This document shows positions 56,077 to 64,000 of a DNA stretch of 64,000 nucleotides, one piece after another. Position 1 is the first letter of the stretch, and every line of letters starts with the position of its first letter. The translations under genes were made by a program, and so were the position numbers. The notes beneath the pieces are model-generated. The model was not told the origin of the DNA, did no database searches, and saw only the letters and a list, made by a program, of their open reading frames with translations. The DNA comes from Chloroflexota bacterium (GTDB taxonomy: Bacteria > Chloroflexota > UBA11872 > VXOZ01): assembly GCA_963662335.2 (NCBI GenBank), contig CAXXVD010000005.1, positions 384,001 through 448,000 of the forward strand, written 5' to 3'.

Positions 56077-57456
56077 CTATGGTTCACTCAAATAGGACTT
56101 CAGCCAATCCTGCGCCTGTTGCGCGGCTTGCACCACGTCCAATTCACCACGGGTGAGAGGCAACGTCAGCCTGTCGAAGAGTTCTAGTGTCATGTAGAAG
56201 CTGCTCGCTAGTTGCGATGGTCTGGCGGTATCGAGCAGATGGAAGACGAGCTCCCGGTCCTCTGGCGGCAACATGAGCTCCAAGTAGCCGGTGCTGGGTT
56301 TTTCAATGTGCTGCTGTCCCGCGATTACGGGCGGCATGAGGAGACGCGAACCGAGATCAAGCGCGAGAGGCATTAGAGTCTCGTAGGAAAGGGCGGGATC
56401 GGGCGCAAGGGACGGGATTGCCGCAGCCTGTGACACTGATAGCGGCGTTACGTCCCGCGGCCCGGCCGGCAATGGGGCTTGTTGGCCCGCCAGCATGTTG
56501 CTGGGAGAAATGTACCGAAAGAAGAGAATGCCGTTGAGCAGGGTTGTGAAGTCAACATCGAATTGGTCTGCCGTCACCGTCGCGCCATGGGGCATGATGC
56601 CGTGCACGCGCCCCAGTTCGTCCCAGAATTGCAGCCCGCGCAGCGCCGCCGGATCCGTAAGACGCACAGCGCCAGTGTGTGGGTCGAGTATATCCTTGTC
56701 CAGTTCCTGCAAGACAAACGGCAACCAGTTCACGAAGTATTTGTTCGGATTGAATCCCCACTTGTCCACTTTGCCGTCACTATCGGAATCTTCGGTCAGA
56801 TTTTGTGCGGCCGCGACAAATGCCTCACGGGTCCAGCCCTTTTCAGGAGAAGGCAGCCCGGCATCTGCGAATTGCTTAGGTTTGTACCGTGCCACGCCGG
56901 CCTCCAGCGCGATGGGCAGGGCCATCAACTGGCTTTGATAGCGGACCAACTCCAGGGCAGGGGGAAGGAACTCCTCTGAAGGCTCCGAGCGATCTTGCTG
57001 TACAAACCGGTCGATCGGCTGGACAAGCCCGCTGCGCAACACCCAGGGAATGTCGAGAAAGATGCTGACCATGAGCAGGTCCGGCGGCGTGCCGGCAGAA
57101 TCCTGCTCGCTCAGAAACGCCGAGAGTGCGGCCTGTGCGCCTTCGATGAGTTCCAATGGGTCGCGCGGTCTCGCGATGTTTATCCGGACGCGCTCCAATT
57201 GAACGTCTTCCGGCGCGCCTGGCACTGCACCCGCATTCCACCGCTCAATGGCATCGTCGACAGCCCTGGCGTGCCCGTCCGGCGTGGCGGCCAGCCGCAG
57301 CGTTACCGGCTCTCGCGAGACCTTTGGCACAGAGGCCTGCGGCGCCTCCGGCGCAGCACGCGGTTGATCGTCATCTTCATCATCGCCGCCGCAGGCAGCG
57401 ATGAGAAAGACCTGCGCACCAATCAAAGTGCTACCGAGAATTTCACGTCTCGTCAT
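56077..57456 (-). CDS. Tat lipoprotein extracellular solute-binding protein (paralog)
   Basis: TRREILG, IAACGG, AGTPPDL, DSDSDGKVDKWGF. Confidence 0.85.
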   Translation of the reverse strand: MTRREILGSTLIGAQVFLIAACGGDDEDDDQPRAAPEAPQASVPKVSREPVTLRLAATPDGHARAVDDAIERWNAGAVPGAPEDVQLERVRINIARPRDPLELIEGAQAALSAFLSEQDSAGTPPDLLMVSIFLDIPWVLRSGLVQPIDRFVQQDRSEPSEEFLPPALELVRYQSQLMALPIALEAGVARYKPKQFADAGLPSPEKGWTREAFVAAAQNLTEDSDSDGKVDKWGFNPNKYFVNWLPFVLQELDKDILDPHTGAVRLTDPAALRGLQFWDELGRVHGIMPHGATVTADQFDVDFTTLLNGILFFRYISPSNMLAGQQAPLPAGPRDVTPLSVSQAAAIPSLAPDPALSYETLMPLALDLGSRLLMPPVIAGQQHIEKPSTGYLELMLPPEDRELVFHLLDTARPSQLASSFYMTLELFDRLTLPLTRGELDVVQAAQQAQDWLKSYLSEP

Positions 57457-57615
57457 GAGGTGAGACTCCGTATGTCTATATGGAACCCTTGCTTTGCCGC
57501 TGCAGCTTTGATATTAGATGCTTCTACCCCGGCTACGGGCACTACGCCAACTGGTGAACACCTCTCTGAGACCAGTTCCTTTGAGCCGGAGGGGTGCGGC
57601 AACTCTCACGGCGCG

Positions 57616-59082
57616 CTACTCGTTCAAATACGACTGCAGCCAGTTCTGCGCCTCCTGCGCCGCCTGCTCTACGACCATTTCCCCGCGGGCAAGCGGCAGC
57701 GTCAGCTTCTCGAACAGTTGAAAGTGCATCATATAACTACTGGCAAGCGGCGATGGGCGGCCGGTTTCCAAGACGTGGAACGCAAGCTGCCGGTCATGTT
57801 CCGGCAGCAAGAGATTGATGTGGCCGGACTGCGGATTCTCAAGGTACTCTTGTCCGGAAATCACCGGCGGGAGCAAGTAGCGCTCCCCGAGGTAGTTCGC
57901 CAGCGGGACCAGCGCCGCGTACGCCTGGGCGGTATCGCGGGCGCCAGCGGGTATCGCCAAAGAAGCCCCCAAAGTCAATGGCGTAACGTCGCGCGGCCCG
58001 GCTGGGAGCGGGACTTGCTTGCCCGTAGTGACGGCGCCGGGGGACATGAAATAGAAGAAGAAAGTGCTGGGATGCCGAGACCAGAATTCAAACCGGTAGG
58101 TGGCCGCTGTCACGTCGGGGCCATGGGGCATGACGCCGTGCGTCTTCCCCAACTCATCCCAGAACCGCAAGCCGCGCAGGGCCGCCGGCTCCATGAGCCG
58201 CGCTTCGCCGGTATTCAGGTCTACCACGTCCCGATCCGTCTCCTGCAAGACGAAGGGTAGCCAGTTCACGACGTTGTATATCGGACGAAAACCCCAATTG
58301 TCCACCTTGCCGTCGTCGTCGGTGTCTTGCGTGAGCCGCAGGGCGGCGGCAACGAAGTCTTCACGGGTCCACCCGTCGTCCGGGGCCGGCAAGCCCGCGT
58401 CCGCGAAGTGCTTGGGGTTGTACCGCGCGACGCTGGCGCCCAAGGAAACGGGCAACGCCATCATCCGGCCCCGAAAGCGCACCAATTCCAACGCCGCCGG
58501 CAGAAAATTCGCCAATGGCTCGTTGCCGTCTTGCTGCAGAAGGCGATCAAGCGGCTGGATGATGCCGCTGCGGAAGGCCCAGGGATAATCGAAGAGGCGA
58601 TTGACCATGAGCAGGTCAAGCGGCGCGCCGGCAGACTCTCGCTCGGCCAGGAATGCTTGCACTCGCTCTTGAATGTGCGCGAGAAGCTCCATCGGCGTGC
58701 GCCGCGAGGAGATCTGAATCGTGAGGCGCTCCAGCCGGATGTCCTGAGACCCGCCGGGAAACTCGCCCCGGTTCCATGCATCGACGGCTTGACCAACAAC
58801 CGGAGCAAATTCAACCAGCATCGAGGCAATTGTCAGTGTAGTCGGCTCTCGCGCCGGCGGCGCCGCAGCCGGCGGCGCCGTGGGCGCGGCGCGCGGCTGC
58901 TCCGCGTCGTCCTCATCATCGCCGCCGCAAGCGGCCAGTAGAACTGCCTGTGCGCCAAGGAGAGCGCCGCCGAGCAAGGCACGGCGTGTGAGTAGCTTCG
59001 CCGCGGTTGGCGGGGTCGCCGAATCCTCCGGTGATTCCAAAACCTCTGGATAAAGCAAAGCACACGGTCCCACCGCAGTCAT
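57616..59082 (-). CDS. Tat lipoprotein extracellular solute-binding protein (paralog)
   Basis: LTRRALLG, LAACGG, DTDDDGKVDNWGF; ATG 59082 follows AAGGAG. Confidence 0.85.
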   Translation of the reverse strand: MTAVGPCALLYPEVLESPEDSATPPTAAKLLTRRALLGGALLGAQAVLLAACGGDDEDDAEQPRAAPTAPPAAAPPAREPTTLTIASMLVEFAPVVGQAVDAWNRGEFPGGSQDIRLERLTIQISSRRTPMELLAHIQERVQAFLAERESAGAPLDLLMVNRLFDYPWAFRSGIIQPLDRLLQQDGNEPLANFLPAALELVRFRGRMMALPVSLGASVARYNPKHFADAGLPAPDDGWTREDFVAAALRLTQDTDDDGKVDNWGFRPIYNVVNWLPFVLQETDRDVVDLNTGEARLMEPAALRGLRFWDELGKTHGVMPHGPDVTAATYRFEFWSRHPSTFFFYFMSPGAVTTGKQVPLPAGPRDVTPLTLGASLAIPAGARDTAQAYAALVPLANYLGERYLLPPVISGQEYLENPQSGHINLLLPEHDRQLAFHVLETGRPSPLASSYMMHFQLFEKLTLPLARGEMVVEQAAQEAQNWLQSYLNE

Positions 59083-59411
59083 GCGTATTCTCCTTGTTCG
59101 CGAATCGCTCTCCCGGGCGGGAGTTACCACCTGTCTTGAGTATCTAACAACACGAGCGTAAGGTCAAGAAGTGTAATGAACTGAGTTACTGGGCACCACC
59201 CTCGCGCTTTGCAGAGGCGCTACCGAAAGCTTGTTCAGCGTGAAAGGCATTGAACTTCCACAAGCCCTTGCATGGCGGCCGCGGTGGAGCCGCTGCCATT
59301 AACCGGCCTAGGAGAGTCGAGCAAAGACAAGCCGCTCGCGCTGAGGCTATCCGCGCGCGAACGGCTTGTCTCGCTCAAGAAAAAGGCTCTGCGGCAATCA
59401 AGCTAACGCAT

Positions 59412-60836
59412 TCAAGCGAGCGGCAGCGTGAACGTAAAGCGGCTGCCCTCACCCGGCGCGCTTTCGGCGCGGATTGTGCCCCCGTGGGCCTCGACCAATT
59501 GCTTGGCAATGGTCAGCCCCAGGCCCGCGCCGCCGGTGCTGCGTGCGCGCGACGGGTCGACCCGGTAGAGCCGGTCGAACACGTGGGGCAGGTCCTCAGC
59601 GGGAATGCCCTCACCGGAGTCGGCTACCGTCACTGAGACCATCCCATCCTCTTCTTCGACGGATACGTCGATGCGGCCGCCGGCCGGCGTGTGCGTCACC
59701 GCGTTTTGCAACAGGTTATTCATCACCTGCTCGATGCGCGTGCGGTCGATATGCACCAATCGGCCTGGCCCGCTGCGCCCTTCCTCTCCAGAGTCCCACG
59801 CCAGCGTGATCTCCTTTGCCTGCGCTTGCGGGCGAAACGCCTCGACCGACCGCGAAATCACGCCGGCCAAAGTTCCCGGTTCCAGGTCGAGCCGGAAGTC
59901 GGCCGCCTCCGTCTCCGCCAGCAGGCGCAGGTCTTCCACCAGCTTGGAGAGGTACATCGTCTGCCGGTGCATGTGCATGATCGTCGCCTGGTCGGCTTCC
60001 AGCACGCCGTCCCGCACCGCCTCCACGTAGCCGCGTATGTTGGAGAGGGGCGTGCGCAGTTCGTGCGCCACGTCGGCCACCATGTTGCGGCGCTGCCGCT
60101 CGGCGTTTTCAAGACCGGCGGCCATGGCATTGAACGTGCGCGTCAACTCCCCAACTTCGTCGCGCCCGGCATCTTCCGCCACCCGTTGCGAGAGGTCGCC
60201 TTTGCCCAACTTCTGCGCCGCGCTCGTGAGCCGGCGCACCGACCCCAGCAGCCGGCGCGACAGCAGCGAGACGAGCACAATGCCGCCCAGACCCGCGACG
60301 AGACCCGACCACAAGAGCGATTGAAAGCTGGTTTCGGCAAAGCGCCGCAGCGAAGGCTCCTGGATTTCCCGCCACGCTTCGCCGGAAGCCGGTATGCGCT
60401 CCGGCCCCCGATACGGCCTGAACGTGGGCCGCGAGGCAACGGGCCCGATCAGCACGTAGCCTACGTCCTCATCGCCCACGCGAATGCCGGACTTGTAGTA
60501 GCGCTCGCGGGAAGCATGCTCGCTTTCGCTGGCCCATCGCGTAACGACCAGGAGATGGCCGTGCTCATCCAGAATTGCGATGTCGCGCCCAGTGAGATAG
60601 CTCACCCGTTCGACGATGCCGGCCACACCGCTCCAACTGCCTCTACCCGTGTAATACTCCGTGAACGCTTCATGGATGCGGGCAAAGAGGGCCTCATTGG
60701 AGGCGGCGCGCATTTCGTGCACCTCGCGCTCCGCCGCCAGGCCGCTATACGTGCCCACCGCCGCCAGCGCCAGCACAAGCACGGCGGCAAAGCCGGCGAT
60801 GAGCCGGAATTGAAGGCTGTAGAACCACCTAGCCAT
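59412..60836 (-). CDS. HAMP-domain sensor histidine kinase (BaeS-like)
   Basis: Two TM segments, HAMP ([11 protein letters not shown]), [27 protein letters not shown]. Confidence 0.95.
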   Translation of the reverse strand: MARWFYSLQFRLIAGFAAVLVLALAAVGTYSGLAAEREVHEMRAASNEALFARIHEAFTEYYTGRGSWSGVAGIVERVSYLTGRDIAILDEHGHLLVVTRWASESEHASRERYYKSGIRVGDEDVGYVLIGPVASRPTFRPYRGPERIPASGEAWREIQEPSLRRFAETSFQSLLWSGLVAGLGGIVLVSLLSRRLLGSVRRLTSAAQKLGKGDLSQRVAEDAGRDEVGELTRTFNAMAAGLENAERQRRNMVADVAHELRTPLSNIRGYVEAVRDGVLEADQATIMHMHRQTMYLSKLVEDLRLLAETEAADFRLDLEPGTLAGVISRSVEAFRPQAQAKEITLAWDSGEEGRSGPGRLVHIDRTRIEQVMNNLLQNAVTHTPAGGRIDVSVEEEDGMVSVTVADSGEGIPAEDLPHVFDRLYRVDPSRARSTGGAGLGLTIAKQLVEAHGGTIRAESAPGEGSRFTFTLPLA

Positions 60837-61533
60837 TGCGGTCTTCGTCCCAGACGCTGAACCGGTAGCCGACACCGTAGACCGTCTGAATGCGGCCCGG
60901 GCCGTCCGCCGGGCGAATCTTGCGCCGCAGATTGGCCACGTGGGCGTCCACCGTGCGGTCGAAGCCCTGGAAGTCGAAGCCGAATACCCGGTCGATGATC
61001 TGCTCGCGGGAAAAGGTGCGTTCCGGCTCCTTGATGAGCATGACGAGGATTCTATACTCCGTCGGCGTAAGCGCGGCCTTCGCGCCATTGGCGTAGACAG
61101 TGCGCCGGTGCAAGTCCACCGTTACGCCGCTGTGGGCGATCTCCGCCGGTCCGCGTTCCAACTCGCCGGTCGCGGTGCGGCGGAGCACGGCGCGGATGCG
61201 CGCCGCCAGTTCCCGGGGGCTAAACGGCTTGGTGACGTAGTCGTCGGCGCCTAAGTCCAGCCCCTTTAGCCGGTCCTCTTCCTCCACCCGCGCCGTGACC
61301 ATCACCACCGGCACCGTGGACTCCTTCCGCAACGCGCGGCAGACCTCGATGCCGCCCAGCCTGGGGAGCATGAGGTCCAGCACCACCAAATCGGGCCGGG
61401 CGCTGCGGGCCAGGCGCAAGCCCTCCACGCCGTCATGGGCGCTCACAACCTTGTGCCCGTCCCGCCGCAGGTAGAGGCTGACCAGCTTGACGGTGTCCGG
61501 ATCATCTTCGACAATGAGCACGGTGCTTGGCAT
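60829..61533 (-). CDS. OmpR-family response regulator
   Basis: [44 protein letters not shown]. Confidence 0.96.
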   Translation of the reverse strand: MPSTVLIVEDDPDTVKLVSLYLRRDGHKVVSAHDGVEGLRLARSARPDLVVLDLMLPRLGGIEVCRALRKESTVPVVMVTARVEEEDRLKGLDLGADDYVTKPFSPRELAARIRAVLRRTATGELERGPAEIAHSGVTVDLHRRTVYANGAKAALTPTEYRILVMLIKEPERTFSREQIIDRVFGFDFQGFDRTVDAHVANLRRKIRPADGPGRIQTVYGVGYRFSVWDEDRNG

Positions 61534-61675
61534 ACGTTCCTCGCTTTCGCACTTGCGCGACACGTTCTTATTCTAAAGCCCGCAGAGTCGTCACCATCCC
61601 AAGTTGCGCATCCGCCCGACCCCAATGCCGCCGCATCGAACGGAGCGACAGCAAGACTCGCGTACAAGACTTCCG

Positions 61676-61766
61676 GTAGCGCAGGTTTGCAACCTGCGAG
61701 GCTGCGGGGTCAATCCTTTGCGAGTGCTTTTCTTTTGCTCTGGCGGGGGACAAGCCCCCGCGCTAC
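61676..61766. repeat. Two inward-facing GTAG-type REPs (family C)
   Basis: GTAGCGCAGGTTTGCAACCTGCG and GCGGGGGACAAGCCCCCGCGCTAC. Confidence 0.8.
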
Positions 61767-61864
61767 TCTAATGCGACCGCATTGCCGCCCGATTCTCGCC
61801 CCTGCCGCGCGCTTCCCTGCCCTTAAGCATAGCAAGAACCATGAAGAAAATATGAAGTCAGCCT

Positions 61865-61902
61865 GAAAAAGCGAACCCCCGGCAATTGCCGGGGGTTTGC
61901 TT
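61865..61902 (-). terminator. Intrinsic terminator after the secreted-protein gene
   Basis: AAGCAAACCCCCGGCAATTGCCGGGGGTTCGCTTTTT on the minus strand. Confidence 0.8.
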
Positions 61903-61960
61903 GATTGTGCTGGGTCTGTGACGCCCGTGAGAGGGGGAGACGCCGCCACAGACCGTTTCG

Positions 61961-62743
61961 CTAGTTGTCGTCGTCGTCGTTGTCGTCGCTGTCACCGCCG
62001 TCGTCACTGCCCGCAGGCTCCGCGGTAGGCGAGACTTCAGCGGGCGCCGCCGGGACGGCTTTGTCCCGGTCGGGCGCCAAGCCCCTATAGTGGAAGTACC
62101 CCCGTTGGATCGAGTGTTGCCGGCTCCACTGCCAGCCATGGCCCTTGCCGCGTTCGAAGCCGCCACGTCTGTGGAAGCGCTCCGTCTGCGCGGCGAACCG
62201 CTCGCGAATCTCGCCGGCCTGCTCCTCGGTGAGTTGGCCGCCTTCAATCAGAGCTTCGAGGTGTTGGTCAAGTTGCTTTTCGATCAGTTCCGGCGACATG
62301 CCCATCTGCCCCATGGCTGGGAAACCGCCCCGGCCCTGGAACATGTGCCCCCGGCCGTCAAACTTCTGTCCCCGGGCCCGGCCTTCTTTCTTGCCGCGCT
62401 CGTGCCCGCCGGCCAGCCAGAAAGAGTCCGGGCGGCTGGCGTACCACTCGCGCAGTTCGTCCGCCTGCTCCTGGGTGATGCGGCCGCTCTCCACCAGCGC
62501 CCCGAGCCGCTGGCCGACCATCTCCTCGAACCGTTCGTCGCGCATTTCTTGCCGCGCCTGGTCAAACGCGTCCTGAACCTGTTGCTCCTCCAGCCCCAGG
62601 ATGTCGGCAACCCGGGTGATTAGCCCGCGAATGGGCTTTCCGGCGCCATTGCCGTTCTCCTGCGCCAATGCCGTGCCGCCGCCAATGCCAACGGCCAGCG
62701 CCAGCACGGCGACTATCGCAATGAGCCAATGCTTCTTCCTCAC
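61961..62743 (-). CDS. Secreted helical hypothetical protein (two GxxTxEQA repeats; DUF2680-like)
   Basis: Signal peptide ending ALA-Q, LVESGRITQEQADE and LIEGGQLTEEQAGE repeats, acidic tail; GTG 62743 after CAGGAGG. Confidence 0.75.
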   Translation of the reverse strand: MRKKHWLIAIVAVLALAVGIGGGTALAQENGNGAGKPIRGLITRVADILGLEEQQVQDAFDQARQEMRDERFEEMVGQRLGALVESGRITQEQADELREWYASRPDSFWLAGGHERGKKEGRARGQKFDGRGHMFQGRGGFPAMGQMGMSPELIEKQLDQHLEALIEGGQLTEEQAGEIRERFAAQTERFHRRGGFERGKGHGWQWSRQHSIQRGYFHYRGLAPDRDKAVPAAPAEVSPTAEPAGSDDGGDSDDNDDDDN

Positions 62744-62948
62744 AGAAAACCTCCTGTGTGCTCCGGGCGGTTCGTTCCGCCTCTGATTCGAGCATAGGGG
62801 AGGAATGTCAAGGAAATACGAACGGCGCACGCGCTCCGCGAGAAACGGGCGTTTCCAATCCGGCGCGCCGGCGCCAAGCCGCGCTAGGAGAATCGGCGTT
62901 GCGGGCTGCTATACTAAAGGCGATTGGCTCGCGGCAAGGCGGAGAATC

Positions 62949-63188
62949 ATGGAAGTCAACGGAGAATTCATCGTCACGCTCGTCGTAACCGTCGGCGCCA
63001 TCGCGGCCTTGCTTTGGCGCTTGGAGACCCGCATTTCCGGCGTGGAGTCGCGCCTGGAGAAACGCATCTCAGGTGTGGAGACGCGGCTAGGGGGACGCAT
63101 CTCAGAGGTCTCCGACCGCGTTTCGCGCATCGAAGGCTTGCTGGAAGGATACTTCCTGCAGGCGCGGGGCAGCGACGACAAGAGCTAA
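62949..63188 (+). CDS. Small membrane-anchored coiled-coil protein
   Basis: N-terminal TM followed by 11-aa repeats and RIEG; GGAG RBS. Confidence 0.65.
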   Translation: MEVNGEFIVTLVVTVGAIAALLWRLETRISGVESRLEKRISGVETRLGGRISEVSDRVSRIEGLLEGYFLQARGSDDKS

Positions 63189-63322
63189 GCCCGGCCTGAC
63201 CGGAGGAGACTTGGTCAACGACTTTGCCGTAGACGTCCGGGCGCTCAATCCTCTGCTGGAATAGCAGCGCGGCTTTCCGGCGGGCAACGCGCCCAGCGCG
63301 GCCCCAACCCAGCCATGAAAGC

Positions 63323-63360
63323 GCGAGAGCCCTTCCTCCAGCGAGGAAGGGCTCTCGTTT
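63323..63360. terminator. Strong hairpin between convergent genes
   Basis: CGAGAGCCCTTCCTC-CAGC-GAGGAAGGGCTCTCG. Confidence 0.65.
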
Positions 63361-63404
63361 CGCCGGCCTCTACCTGACGGCGGCCATGCCGCGCGCTCAG
63401 AGCG

Positions 63405-64000
63405 CTATTCCGCCACCTCTAACCGCTCGATAGTTGGCCTCCGCCGCTCAGAACGGCGGAAGATCCCGGGAATGCTCTGGTTGGCCAGCGTGTAGACCAC
63501 CGGCACCACCAGCAGCGTCAGGAACGTCGAACTCACCAGACCGCCGATTACCACCGTGGCCAACTCCGCGCCCAGAATACCGCCCGTGTCTTCGGAGAAC
63601 GCCGCCAACGGTATCAGGGCAAAGCTGGTGGTAATGGCCGTCATCAGAATCGGCCGCAGCCGGATGCGCCCGCCCCGCATCAGCGCTTCGAAGACGCTCA
63701 GGCCGCGCTCCCGCAATTGCTCGACAAACGAAACCAGCACCACCGCGTTCGTCACCACAATGCCGATCAGCAGCAGAATGCCCATCATGCCCGGTAGGCC
63801 CAGCGAGCGCCCGGTGATTGCCAGCGCCGCCAGCGCGCCAATCAAGGCCAGCGGCAAACTGGTAACGATCACGAACGGGTTTCGCAGCGAGCCAAGGCTG
63901 CCGACCATCACCAGATAGACCAACACTACGCCCACGCCCATGGCGATGAAGATGTCCTCGAAACCCTCCGTAATCTGCGAGAAGACGCCGGCGTTCGTCA
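63405..64000 (-). CDS. RND (AcrB-family) efflux permease, C-terminal part, truncated by window edge
   Basis: SLPLALIGA, GIVVTNAVVLV, RLRPILMTA, VIGGLVSSTFLTLLVVPVVY. Confidence 0.93.
   Translation of the reverse strand, partial: TNAGVFSQITEGFEDIFIAMGVGVVLVYLVMVGSLGSLRNPFVIVTSLPLALIGALAALAITGRSLGLPGMMGILLLIGIVVTNAVVLVSFVEQLRERGLSVFEALMRGGRIRLRPILMTAITTSFALIPLAAFSEDTGGILGAELATVVIGGLVSSTFLTLLVVPVVYTLANQSIPGIFRRSERRRPTIERLEVAE

Noticed and set aside
60837-61088. N-terminal extension of the histidine kinase
   Set aside because: Overlaps the response regulator; ATG 60836 gives a normal coupled start just before TM1.

Overview
High-GC bacterial chromosomal window, most likely Chloroflexota: the 16S has the shortened 1123-1147 helix and a short V3 helix, and the gene content fits. 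It holds the full str-S10-spc-alpha ribosomal superoperon (rpsL to rpsI), the rpsP-khpA-rimM-trmD-rplS-rnhB-yraN cluster, ppdK, lspA-rluD-fabH, xerD, scpAB, a stand-alone 16S rRNA gene, two tandem RDD-domain membrane proteins, three tandem Tat lipoprotein solute-binding proteins, an OmpR/BaeS-type two-component system and the 3' end of an RND permease. Three REP-like palindrome families are scattered between genes. I saw no CRISPR array, transposase or tRNA. Most notable: (1) a 16S whose near-universal 338-359 segment is rewritten with compensatory base pairs, giving 4 mismatches to primer 341F; (2) a coupled operon with two adjacent apparent pseudoenzymes, an archaemetzincin-like protein without HExxH and an ADP-ribosylglycohydrolase without its metal-binding aspartates, between DUF4432 and sfsA; (3) a ~113-nt rod-like candidate RNA with an SRP-like 3' half upstream of lspA. 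All family calls come from motif recognition by eye, not database searches.
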